A stretch of 64,000 nt of DNA from contig JALERA010000045.1 of the NCBI GenBank assembly GCA_022764365.1, forward strand, positions 12,515 to 76,514, read 5' to 3'. The position numbers and the translations under genes are program-made. The notes below the pieces were generated by a model. It did not search any database. It saw nothing but the letters and a program-made list of their open reading frames with translations, and was not told the DNA's origin. The stretch is from Bacillota bacterium. GTDB taxonomy: Bacteria; Bacillota; Clostridia; Peptostreptococcales; Anaerovoracaceae. How positions within the stretch are numbered: the stretch's first letter is position 1; the number at the start of each line of letters is the position of its first letter. Positions 40,482 through 48,988 of this stretch are shown piece after piece.

Positions 40482-40876
40482 TACATTCTTCCTCCTTTGC
40501 TGCGCTCGCTCAAAATGGTTCTGCCCTCAAATGGGAGGTCAAGTTCCGGGAAAATTGTTCCGCGGGAAAGGCCTTTTTCTGCGGAGTAAGTGCTTTTCCA
40601 CTGCTGCATCGGTGTATATGCCATGGCAATCGGAAGACTGCCTAAATACATCGCATCAAAGCCAGAGGCGTTTGTTCCCGGTCGATTTTCACCGCCGGAT
40701 CCGCTTGTGCCGCCCTGGTTGCCCGAGCCGCCGCTGCCGCCGCCGGGCATCTCCGGACTCGGATTCGGACTCGGATTCGGACTCGGACTCTGAGGCGGCC
40801 TTACAGGATTTGACGGTACGGTATCGCACCTTCCGCCCATCGTTATGGGCATGCCTATATAAGGATCTTTAATCAA
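40481..40876 (-). CDS. cotJA: Spore coat-associated protein CotJA with a low-complexity N-terminal extension
   Basis: The C-terminal LPIAMAYTPMQQWKSTYSAEKGLSRGTIFPELDLPF is the CotJA core. The N-terminus has SPSPNPSPNPSP and Gly/Ser-rich tracts. TTG 40876 follows the RBS GGAAAGGGG; ATG 40852 is an alternative start. Confidence 0.75.
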   Translation of the reverse strand: MIKDPYIGMPITMGGRCDTVPSNPVRPPQSPSPNPSPNPSPEMPGGGSGGSGNQGGTSGSGGENRPGTNASGFDAMYLGSLPIAMAYTPMQQWKSTYSAEKGLSRGTIFPELDLPFEGRTILSERSKGGRM

Positions 40877-41075
40877 AATAAATACCCCTTTCCTATTGAT
40901 CTATGCTTTATTTTATGCTCAGCACAGAGAAAGTGTGAAAAAATGCGTAAGGAAGGCAGATACAGACATAAAAGACTGGAAATCGACATTTTTATGCGGT
41001 AGAATAGGGGTATAGGATATAAATTAGCGACATTTTAACGTATATTTGATATATTATGTATGTGGGAGTTGTGTA

Positions 41076-42227
41076 ATGGAAAGTGATACGAAAAAAAGAC
41101 GGAAGCAGACAGAGGAACAAATCAATATGCAGCGGCTTTTGTCGGAGCGGAAACAGTTGGTCGCATCACACAAGAGAGACATGTTTCTTTGCGCAGGCGT
41201 TTTCGCGATAGCGACATTGGCATCATTCTTTTTCAAGAACACGGCATCAGACCCGTCGCTTAACATCGCAATGCTCTATACGCTTGGCGTTTTTGTAATT
41301 ACACGATATACAAACGGCTATGTGTACGGCATGCTCTTTGCGATAATGAGTGTTCTGTCCGTAAACTTTTTTTTCACCTACCCGTATCAGGACTTCAATT
41401 TTACGATTGAAGGATATCAGGTAACTTTCCTGGGTATGTTCGCCATTGCGATTATCACATCTGCAATGAGCAGCAACATGAAAGAGCAGGCAGAACAGCT
41501 TGCAGAACAAGAGAAGGAGTTGATGGAAGCGCAGAAGGAAAAAATGCGCGCAAACCTTTTGAGAGCCGTTTCGCACGACTTGCGAACACCGCTTACGGGA
41601 ATTATCGGAAACAGCTCGTCCTACTTGGAAATGGGAGACAGCCTCACGGAAGAGGAAAAGAGAGATCTTGTAAGCTATATAAACAATGACGCAAACTGGC
41701 TTTTGAACATGGTGGAAAATCTGCTTTCGGTAACACGTATCAACAACGAAACCGCATCGGTTGCAAAGTCGCTCGAACCTGTTGACGAGGTAGCCTCTGC
41801 GGCGGTAATACACTTCAGAAAGCGTTTTCCGGATGCGGAAGTGCATGTGACGGTACCGGATAATGTAGTCATGGTAATGATGGATGCAATGCTGATTCAG
41901 CAGGTAATTATTAATATCCTGCAGAATGCGCAGATGCACGCAAGGAGCACAAAACCATTGGAGCTTACCATCGATGAAGATAAGGAAAAAGTTTTTTTCC
42001 ATATCAGGGATTACGGAGTCGGCATCGATGAGGACAGGCTGAAGACGATTTTCGACGGTGAAGGATATCGGTCCGAAGAGGCGAAAACGGATGGCTACAA
42101 GGGTATGGGAATCGGTCTTTCGATATGCAAGACGATTATTACGGCTCACGGCGGCAGGATTATTGCCGTAAACCACGAGGACGGAGCGGAATTTTGTTTT
42201 TCATTGCCAAAGGAAAAGGAGGACTAG
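41076..42227 (+). CDS. Sensor histidine kinase, KdpD C-terminal-type (DUF4118 + HisKA + HATPase)
   Basis: A TM block of the DUF4118 type is followed by the H-box LLRAVSHDLRTPL and the G-box GMGIGLSICKTII. The KdpD N-terminal sensor domain is absent. Confidence 0.85.
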   Translation: MESDTKKRRKQTEEQINMQRLLSERKQLVASHKRDMFLCAGVFAIATLASFFFKNTASDPSLNIAMLYTLGVFVITRYTNGYVYGMLFAIMSVLSVNFFFTYPYQDFNFTIEGYQVTFLGMFAIAIITSAMSSNMKEQAEQLAEQEKELMEAQKEKMRANLLRAVSHDLRTPLTGIIGNSSSYLEMGDSLTEEEKRDLVSYINNDANWLLNMVENLLSVTRINNETASVAKSLEPVDEVASAAVIHFRKRFPDAEVHVTVPDNVVMVMMDAMLIQQVIINILQNAQMHARSTKPLELTIDEDKEKVFFHIRDYGVGIDEDRLKTIFDGEGYRSEEAKTDGYKGMGIGLSICKTIITAHGGRIIAVNHEDGAEFCFSLPKEKED

Positions 42228-42230
42228 ACA

Positions 42231-42947
42231 ATGTATCAGAAAATCTCAATTTTAATCATAGAGGATGAAAAAAGCATTTGCGATTTTATCAGCAAAACAC
42301 TGAATTCACATCAATATAAGGTTAGTGCGGCACACAACGGAAAGGACGGACTCACGATGATCACGTCCTCACTTCCGGATTTGGTGCTGCTGGATTTGGG
42401 GCTTCCGGACATGGACGGCCTCGAAGTTATAAAGAAAACAAGAGAGTGGTCAAGTCTTCCGATTATCGTTATTTCGGCAAGAACACAGGAAAAAGAAAAG
42501 GTTGCCGCGCTTGATGCAGGCGCTGACGACTATATCACCAAGCCTTTCGGAACTTTCGAACTTCTTGCGCGGATCCGTACGGCAATCCGGCACAACAACA
42601 GGATTACAGATGACACAACGAACAACAACCGGCCGTATTCGGCGGGCGGGCTTGTCATCGACTTTGAAAAGCGAATTGTAAGCCTCGAGGGAGAAGAAAT
42701 TCACCTTACGAGAGTGGAATATAAAATCGTGTCGCTGCTTGCCAGAAATTCAGGCAAAGTTATGACCTACGACACGTTGATAAACGAAGTGTGGGGGCCG
42801 TATGCGGACGACAACAACAGAATCCTTCGAGTAAATATGGCAAATATACGCCGCAAGCTCGAGAAAAACCCGGGGGAACCGAAATATATCTTCACGGAGC
42901 TGGGTGTAGGTTATCGAATGCTTGAAGACGAGAATTTATCTGTTTAA
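42231..42947 (+). CDS. OmpR-family response regulator (KdpE-like)
   Basis: It has a receiver domain (LVLLDLGLPDMDG, ISARTQEKEKVAALDAGADDYITKPF) and a winged-helix C-terminus. Confidence 0.85.
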   Translation: MYQKISILIIEDEKSICDFISKTLNSHQYKVSAAHNGKDGLTMITSSLPDLVLLDLGLPDMDGLEVIKKTREWSSLPIIVISARTQEKEKVAALDAGADDYITKPFGTFELLARIRTAIRHNNRITDDTTNNNRPYSAGGLVIDFEKRIVSLEGEEIHLTRVEYKIVSLLARNSGKVMTYDTLINEVWGPYADDNNRILRVNMANIRRKLEKNPGEPKYIFTELGVGYRMLEDENLSV

Positions 42948-42967
42948 TGAAGGAATGACAAGACAAA

Positions 42968-44233
42968 ATGCAGGAAAATACAAACACAGCAAGAAAACAA
43001 GAACGCTGCGGTCTTTTGGGCCGCAGCTTAAAACATAGTTACAGCCCTGAAATTCACCGCATGATTTCGGAGCAGATGCAGCATCCGTATGAGTATGCCA
43101 TCTACGAAAAAGAACCCGAAGAAGTGGAAAACTTCATTCGAAACGGCGAATGGGACGGACTGAATGTGACAATTCCGTATAAGGAAGTCGTCATGCGCTT
43201 CTGCGATGAAATTTCGGAAGAAGCACACGAAATCTGTGCCGTGAACACGCTCGTGCGGCGCGGCGGAAAAATTATCGGATACAACACAGACTATTTCGGC
43301 TTCAAAAAAAGCCTCGAGGATGCGGGCATCTGCGTGAAAGGTGCGAAGACAACGGTACTCGGAAGCGGAGGCGCATCCAAGGCGGTTTGCAAGGCACTTG
43401 ATGACATGGGAGCCTCGCGCATAGACATCGTAAGCAGAACCGGAAAACTGAATTATCAAAATTTGAATGAGCATAAGGATGCCGAAATCCTCATAAACAC
43501 AACGCCGGTGGGCATGTATCCGGATACCGGGCGCTCGGCAGCGTTTCCGGGAACCTTCCCGAATCTGAAGTGGGCAGTCGATGTGATTTACAACCCGCTG
43601 CGCACGAACTTCCTCTGCCAGGCAAAGAAAGCCGGAATCGACATCCTTTCGGGTATGCGCATGCTGGTGCTTCAGGCGGCAGCATCGGCGGAACTTTTTC
43701 TGGACGAAAAAATCCCCAGGGGCATTCCTGAAATTGTTGAGAAACAGTTGATTTCGGAGAAACGCAACATCGTTCTCATCGGAATGCCGGGGGTAGGCAA
43801 AACCACCGTCGGCAGCATTCTCGCAGCGGAACTGGGCTGTGATTTTTATGACACCGATGAGATGATAACTGCCATGGAAGGAAAAACGATTCCTGAGATT
43901 TTTGCAGAGGGAGGAGAGGACGCTTTCCGCCGCTGTGAATCCGAAGCGGTTTCCGAGGTCTCCAAGGTTACAGGCGCGGTAATCGCCTGTGGTGGTGGAG
44001 TTGTTACCCGTGAGGAAAACTACTACGCGCTGGCGGAAAACGGCTATATTGTTTTTTTGGATCGAGACATATCCGAGCTTTCTGCACTCGGCAGGCCCAT
44101 CAGCCAGGCAGTGCCTGCAGAAAGACTTTACCGCATGAGACTTCCTCTGTATCTCGGCTGGTGTGATGCATCGGCAGCCATTCATGGGGAATCACCCGAA
44201 GAAACAGCTGCGGATATTATAAATATGCTTTAG
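42968..44233 (+). CDS. aroE/aroK: Bifunctional shikimate dehydrogenase / shikimate kinase fusion
   Basis: The N-terminal AroE part has LLGRSLKHSYSPEIH and VLGSGGASKAV. The C-terminal AroK part has IVLIGMPGVGKTTVGSILAAELGCDFYDTD. Confidence 0.85.
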   Translation: MQENTNTARKQERCGLLGRSLKHSYSPEIHRMISEQMQHPYEYAIYEKEPEEVENFIRNGEWDGLNVTIPYKEVVMRFCDEISEEAHEICAVNTLVRRGGKIIGYNTDYFGFKKSLEDAGICVKGAKTTVLGSGGASKAVCKALDDMGASRIDIVSRTGKLNYQNLNEHKDAEILINTTPVGMYPDTGRSAAFPGTFPNLKWAVDVIYNPLRTNFLCQAKKAGIDILSGMRMLVLQAAASAELFLDEKIPRGIPEIVEKQLISEKRNIVLIGMPGVGKTTVGSILAAELGCDFYDTDEMITAMEGKTIPEIFAEGGEDAFRRCESEAVSEVSKVTGAVIACGGGVVTREENYYALAENGYIVFLDRDISELSALGRPISQAVPAERLYRMRLPLYLGWCDASAAIHGESPEETAADIINML

Positions 44234-44289
44234 AATCAAAAAAGGTTACCGGGAAGTTCTCCCGGCAGCCTTTTTTTCATGAGCATTGA

Positions 44290-45021
44290 TTAGCGGGTTG
44301 TCGGCCCGAAAGGAATGTTCGGGAAAACCGGTTCGCCGAAATGCATGTAGACGTATTTGATGCTGTAAAGGTCAACGATTGCGACATTTCCGTTGGAAAT
44401 ATCCTGCAGCAGCAGATAATTGTTTCCCACCCCTACGAGGAAACCGTACCGGTCTTCGGTGGAGTCCGAGCCGATAAGCTGCTCGACGCGCATGTAGCGG
44501 CCGATCTGCGTACGAAGAAACCCATTCATATACTGCACCGAATCGTAGTCAATGGTCTGCTCATATTCCGGCGGAACCAGCGGGCTGCTCGGAACGCTGA
44601 AGCTCGGGCTTTGCTGGCCGGTATTCTGCAGAGAGTTTACATAGTCGGTCATATTCTGATAGATCAAAGGAATCGAGGCTGTATTTGTTTGGAACGTTCT
44701 GTATGGATCCTGATGTGCGCCCTGTGCGCCGCCGCCTATGTAAGAAGTCGAAGTATCGTTTTGGGAAGCCGGAGCCTGCGGCACCGCCTCGGAAATCGTC
44801 GTGGAAGCGGCAGGAACTGCTGCCTCGGCAGAAACTTCGACAGACGCTTCGCCGGTTGCTTCGCCGGGAGCCGCCGATACATAGACCGGCTCTTCGGCTG
44901 CCGTCGGTGCCGGTGCCGGCGCCGATGCCGGAATGTCCTCAAATTCGATTTTGTCTCCGATCTGTATTTCACCTCTTCGGATCATCGTTGGTGTAATCAC
45001 GTTGTGACTGCATGGTGCCAT
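44290..45021 (-). CDS. gerQ: GerQ-like spore coat protein with a Pro/Ala/Ser-rich central region
   Basis: The C-terminal FLRTQIGRYMRVEQLIGSDSTEDRYGFLVGVGNNYLLLQDISNGNVAIVDLYSIKYV resembles the GerQ/YwdL core. The gene lies immediately downstream of cwlJ. Confidence 0.65.
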   Translation of the reverse strand: MAPCSHNVITPTMIRRGEIQIGDKIEFEDIPASAPAPAPTAAEEPVYVSAAPGEATGEASVEVSAEAAVPAASTTISEAVPQAPASQNDTSTSYIGGGAQGAHQDPYRTFQTNTASIPLIYQNMTDYVNSLQNTGQQSPSFSVPSSPLVPPEYEQTIDYDSVQYMNGFLRTQIGRYMRVEQLIGSDSTEDRYGFLVGVGNNYLLLQDISNGNVAIVDLYSIKYVYMHFGEPVFPNIPFGPTTR

Positions 45022-45039
45022 AAAAAACCTCCTGAATTT

Positions 45040-45483
45040 TTAAGTATCTGCATAAAGCTCGGTCGGTATGTAAAAGCAATGATTGCCTACACGATTGTGA
45101 ATCACACCGACCCTTGTCGGAAAGTAAGTGGGGCAGGAGTCGCTGCAAGGATTGAAGAAGAAAAGCGATTCGTCCACGCCGACCAGCCTGCCGCCGCCAA
45201 GTGCCCAGTCCACAATATCGTAGTGCTCCTGCGTGGGCGTCATATTGTAGACATTCTGCCGGTTGTATCTGCCGCCCACAGTCTCCTGCATGCAGACGAA
45301 CTGCCCGGGCTGTGTGATGACTGCGCGCACATCGCCGCCGTTGTTGACCCGCGAAAATTCGCCCACATCAATCGTGGCACGGTTCATAATAACGGTTGCT
45401 ACCGCCTGCATTCCCGCAGTTCCTTCTCCGCCTGCCTCACATTGTATCAATCTTGCAAATAATTCTCTGGTGTCCAGTGCCAT
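45040..45483 (-). CDS. cwlJ: Spore cortex-lytic enzyme, CwlJ/SleB hydrolase_2 family
   Basis: The motifs LFARLIQCEAGGEGTAGMQAVATVIMNR and ITQPGQF are present. Confidence 0.85.
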   Translation of the reverse strand: MALDTRELFARLIQCEAGGEGTAGMQAVATVIMNRATIDVGEFSRVNNGGDVRAVITQPGQFVCMQETVGGRYNRQNVYNMTPTQEHYDIVDWALGGGRLVGVDESLFFFNPCSDSCPTYFPTRVGVIHNRVGNHCFYIPTELYADT

Positions 45484-45522
45484 AAAAAATACCTCCGCAA
45501 ACTATAACAGTATATGCGGAGG
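45484..45522 (-). terminator. Intrinsic terminator of the symporter gene; its 3' arm doubles as the cwlJ RBS
   Basis: On the minus strand, cctccgca-N15-tgcggagg is followed by tatttttt and then ATG, the cwlJ start. Confidence 0.6.
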
Positions 45523-45548
45523 CATTCGTTTTGTTACGTATGTATTTT

Positions 45549-46955
45549 TTATTTAGCCTTCAGTCTGTCAACTTCAGCAAAGTGCTCTTTGGTGAGTTTG
45601 AATACCACCGGTGAAAGTGCAAACAGTGCAATGAAGTTTGGAATTGCCATAAGACCGTTGAATGTATCTGCAATATCCCATACCGCATCGATCGGGCTTA
45701 CGCAGCCGACTACGATGATGATGCAGAAGAAAATCTGATAAGGCTTAACTGCTTTCATACCGAAGAGGTACTGGATGCAGCGTGTTCCGTACAGGGACCA
45801 GCCGAGGATTGTGGAATATGCGAACATCATTAAAGCAAGTGCAACGAAAACAGCGGAGAGCTTGTCGCCCCAAATTGTTCCGAATGCGGAAGTGATGAGC
45901 TCGCTGCCCGGCTTTTCGCCGAATGTGATGTCAACGCCGCTGATGATGATTGTAAGCGCTGTCAGTGAACAGATTACGATCGTATCGATGAATACTTCAA
46001 AAATACCGAAGACACCCTGCTGAACCGGTCCTTCGCAGTTTGCCGCAGCGTGTGCGATAGGCGCAGAACCAAGACCTGCTTCGTTGGAGAATGCGGATCT
46101 TCTCAGACCCCAAACGATTGCGTTCTTAAGCAGAATACCGCTGCCTGCGCCGACAACCGCCTGTGGGTTGAATGCAGCAACGAAAATCTTGCGGAATGCT
46201 TCTCCAACCATGTCAATATTGCCGAAGATGACAACGAGGGTGAAAACGATGTAAACAATACTCATAATCGGAACGAGTCTTTCGGTTACGGAACCGATTC
46301 TCTTGATGCCACCGAACAGAACGCCTGCAGTCAGGAGAGCCAGAGCGATACCGATTACCCAGTCAACCGCAGCCACATCTGCAAAGTTAGGAGCAAATGC
46401 TGCAACCGCACCCTTGATGGAGTCGTTGATGGAGTTTGCCTGAGACATGTTGCCGATACCAAACGATGCCAGAACTGCGAATAAGCAGAACAGAATCGCA
46501 AGCCAGGACCATTTCTGTCCGAGACCGTTCTTGATATAGTACATCGGTCCGCCGACCCAGTCACCCTTTGCGTCCGTTTCACGATAACGAATGGAAAGTG
46601 TAACTTCGGCATATTTGATAACCATGCCCAGGAGCGCTGCCAGCCAGAGCCAGAAAATCGCACCGTATCCACCGAGTGCAATCGCCTGGGAAGTTCCGAC
46701 GATATTACCGGTACCTACCGTTCCGGCAAGTGCGGTACATACAGCCTGAAGCGGTGTAACCTCACCTTCACCTGCATCCGATTTCTTGAAAATTTTTCCG
46801 AATGTGTTTTTCATGGCATATCCGAATCTACGGAATTGAACGCCGCCCGAACCAATTGTATAATACAATCCTCCTACGAATACGCAAGGAAGCAGGATGT
46901 AAATCCATGCGACGGTATTCAGTGTGCCTGCTACAAAATCATATAAAGCCTGCAT
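45549..46955 (-). CDS. Alanine/glycine:cation symporter (AGCS) family transporter
   Basis: The motifs GEVTPLQAVCTALAGTVGTGNIVG and SNEAGLGSAPIAHAAA are present. ATG 46955 follows the RBS AGAGAGG. Confidence 0.9.
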   Translation of the reverse strand: MQALYDFVAGTLNTVAWIYILLPCVFVGGLYYTIGSGGVQFRRFGYAMKNTFGKIFKKSDAGEGEVTPLQAVCTALAGTVGTGNIVGTSQAIALGGYGAIFWLWLAALLGMVIKYAEVTLSIRYRETDAKGDWVGGPMYYIKNGLGQKWSWLAILFCLFAVLASFGIGNMSQANSINDSIKGAVAAFAPNFADVAAVDWVIGIALALLTAGVLFGGIKRIGSVTERLVPIMSIVYIVFTLVVIFGNIDMVGEAFRKIFVAAFNPQAVVGAGSGILLKNAIVWGLRRSAFSNEAGLGSAPIAHAAANCEGPVQQGVFGIFEVFIDTIVICSLTALTIIISGVDITFGEKPGSELITSAFGTIWGDKLSAVFVALALMMFAYSTILGWSLYGTRCIQYLFGMKAVKPYQIFFCIIIVVGCVSPIDAVWDIADTFNGLMAIPNFIALFALSPVVFKLTKEHFAEVDRLKAK

Positions 46956-47005
46956 TTTTGTGTCCTCTCTTTCTTCTTTTAGCTTTTTAATGTCAATGTT
47001 AGAAA

Positions 47006-47041
47006 TTAAAAAGAGACAAGCTTTCCGGAAAGCCTGCCTCT
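47006..47041 (-). terminator. Intrinsic terminator in the symporter leader (likely the riboswitch expression platform)
   Basis: On the minus strand, agaggcaggcttt-ccgg-aaagcttgtctct is followed by ttttaatt. Confidence 0.6.
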
Positions 47042-47124
47042 TGGTTCTTATGCAAATATTCGTCAATCATAAACAAGTAACAATGTAAAGCTGAAATACT
47101 CCCCAATTAGGGAGGAATCATTTC

Positions 47125-47312
47125 TTTCTGTCCTTTTGCCTGAGAGATTGGCGTATTCTTCGCCTTGCACCTTCGGCCCCCGCTTAAGCGGGCGTCTCCA
47201 GAACGCTATCCCTTTACAGTCCTCACCGCGCGAGGCATACCCGGTCGGGCAGGCCGTGCGGAACCTGAGAGTTTTACTCCTTCGGTAGGTTCAACCTTTT
47301 CCTGCAAAGTTC
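47125..47312 (-). promoter_or_regulatory. Tandem glycine riboswitch
   Basis: Read on the minus strand, aptamer 1 is gcaggaaaagg..cctaccgaaggagtaaaactctcagg..cctgc. Aptamer 2 is ttctggagacgcc..ggggccgaaggtgcaagg..aatctctcaggcaaaaggacagaa. Both carry the conserved ACCGAAGG.GCAA/CTCTCAGG core and lie upstream of an AGCS transporter. Confidence 0.8.
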
Positions 47313-47445
47313 ATCTAGCATATTCATTTGTGTACCTGCCGCAAAATGCCGCAAGCACGATAACAGAAGTAATTATATACAATACAGGGGAAAAAATCAA
47401 GGGGGAATCCTCGAATTTTGTAGGGAAATACAAAAAATCGCCCCG

Positions 47446-48768
47446 TTAGGAGCGAATTTTTTTGTCATAGAGCACCAGTGCCAGCACAAGAGTACAGGTT
47501 TCCGAAGCGGCAGCAGCGGTCCAAACGCCGGTCTCGCCAAAGAAGAAAGAGAATATAAGGACGAAAACCGATGTAAAAATCAGCCCGCGCCCGACGGATA
47601 TGCTCATAGCCGACTTCGGCAGCTCTATAGACGTGAAATATCCCATCAGCGTAATCACTGCACCGAGAGGAAGAAACGCAGGGGAGTAGAGCCTGAATGC
47701 GTGAACGCTCTGCTCGAAAAGCTGCGGACTTGCCTCACTGTCAATGTATACGCCTACGATAGGGTCCGGATAAATCAGCCCGATTGCGAATGCGAGGAGC
47801 GAACATACGCCCGCGCAGCAAAGCGCAATCTTAAAAATGTAACGGCAGAAAGATCTTTTTTCCTTGCCGTAGTAATAGCTGATGAGCGGCTGCGTGCCTT
47901 GGTTTATGCCCATCATGGTCATAAGCACCAGCTGCGCAAAGTAGGAAATAATCGTATAAATCACAACTCCGTCGTTTCCCGAAATGCTCAGAAGCACGCG
48001 GTTGAAGACGAAAATGCAGATTCCCACGGAAAGCTCCGTCATGCAGTCGGCAATGCCAAATTTCGTACGGCAGAATGCCTCTTTGAGCTCGCCGCCACTG
48101 ATTCTGACAAAGGAAAATTCCGATTTTGTCGAAAGGAAATGTTTCACATAAATGCTGAAGGACATCAGCTGCGACAGCCCCGTCGCGATTGCTGCGCCCG
48201 CAATTCCCCACCGGAACACGAGTACAAACAGTGCGTCCAGCACGATATTGCAGCATGCCGCCGCAACGCATGTTTTGATGGCTGTCTGCGGAAACCCGTC
48301 CGCCTTGACCAAAACTTCCAAATTGTAGGATGTCATATAAAAAGGAATAAATGCTGTGATTATTCCAAGATACTGCTTCACATAGTCAATCGTCTCATCC
48401 GTTGCACCCAGAAAAAGCGCAACCTTATCAAGAAAAAGCAGGATAACTGCGGCGACTGCAAGCCCGACCAACGCAACGGCAATCACGCTGCCGGTAAAAA
48501 CTTTGTTCGCGCCGCTGCGCTCGCCCCGGCCTTTGCATACGGAAGCGCGCGTGCTTGCTCCGACTGCAAACAGGATTCCCAGTGCGAATGCCGCATTGAC
48601 AACCGGCATCGCAAGATTTACTGCCGCCAGTGCATCCTCGCCCACGCCGCGCGCTACGAAGATACCGTCTACCATCGTATAGATGGTATAGACCCACATT
48701 GCGGCAACGGAAGGCATAACATAATGGAAGAATTTCGATTTGATGTAAATTTTGTTTGAATTTGTCAT
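47446..48768 (-). CDS. MATE-family efflux transporter
   Basis: There are 12 predicted TM helices, and the N-terminus FFHYVMPSVAAMWVYTIYTMVDGIFVARGVGEDALAAVNLAMP is MATE-typical. ATG 48768 follows the RBS GAGGTGA; the ORF-track extension to 48933 runs into GC-rich noncoding DNA. Confidence 0.9.
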   Translation of the reverse strand: MTNSNKIYIKSKFFHYVMPSVAAMWVYTIYTMVDGIFVARGVGEDALAAVNLAMPVVNAAFALGILFAVGASTRASVCKGRGERSGANKVFTGSVIAVALVGLAVAAVILLFLDKVALFLGATDETIDYVKQYLGIITAFIPFYMTSYNLEVLVKADGFPQTAIKTCVAAACCNIVLDALFVLVFRWGIAGAAIATGLSQLMSFSIYVKHFLSTKSEFSFVRISGGELKEAFCRTKFGIADCMTELSVGICIFVFNRVLLSISGNDGVVIYTIISYFAQLVLMTMMGINQGTQPLISYYYGKEKRSFCRYIFKIALCCAGVCSLLAFAIGLIYPDPIVGVYIDSEASPQLFEQSVHAFRLYSPAFLPLGAVITLMGYFTSIELPKSAMSISVGRGLIFTSVFVLIFSFFFGETGVWTAAAASETCTLVLALVLYDKKIRS

Positions 48769-48787
48769 TGTTATCACCTCTGTAAAC

Positions 48788-48818
48788 AGCATAAACCCTG
48801 GTATCATACCAAGGTCAA
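48788..48818 (-). promoter_or_regulatory. MerR-type promoter (19-bp spacer containing a palindrome) for the MATE gene
   Basis: On the minus strand, TTGACC is followed by the 19-nt spacer ttggtatgataccagggtt and then TATGCT. The imperfect palindrome CCTTGGTAT-g-ATACCAGGG spans the -35 element and the spacer. Confidence 0.6.
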
Positions 48819-48883
48819 GAGTGATTTTGAAAAATTTTTTTGCCACCGGTCTCCCCGGTGCCGCCGCCCGGTGCGGCCGGGGG

Positions 48884-48988
48884 CGCCGGCGTTTGGGAAA
48901 CCTTGGCGTTTGGGACCTCGGGGACGCCGGCATTCCGGGAAACCTCGGCGTTTGGAGCCTCGGTGACGCCTGCGTCTGGGAAACCTCT
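48884..48988. repeat. GC-rich tandem repeat, 42-bp unit (two alternating 21-mers), about 2.5 copies
   Basis: ggcgtttgggacctcggggacgccggcattccgggaaacctc is followed by ggcgtttggagcctcggtgacgcctgcgtctgggaaacctc, with a leading partial unit. Confidence 0.85.

Noticed and set aside
40877-40960. A sigma-E/sigma-K type sporulation promoter upstream of cotJA (gcataaaataaagcatagatca).
   Set aside because: CATA-like elements are present, but I could not place -35 and -10 elements at consensus spacing with any confidence.
43028-44185. A 385-aa minus-strand ORF. The same applies to 41247-42176(-), 36539-37462(-), 47701-48759(+), 57436-58281(-), 61637-62533(-), 8402-9256(-) and 55849-56508(-).
   Set aside because: Each is the antisense shadow of a gene with strong family motifs on the other strand, and none has a credible RBS or a recognisable domain.
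44341-45462. A 373-aa plus-strand ORF.
   Set aside because: It is antisense to two minus-strand genes with clear family signatures (the GerQ-like gene and CwlJ/SleB). The translation is Arg/Cys-rich and motif-free.
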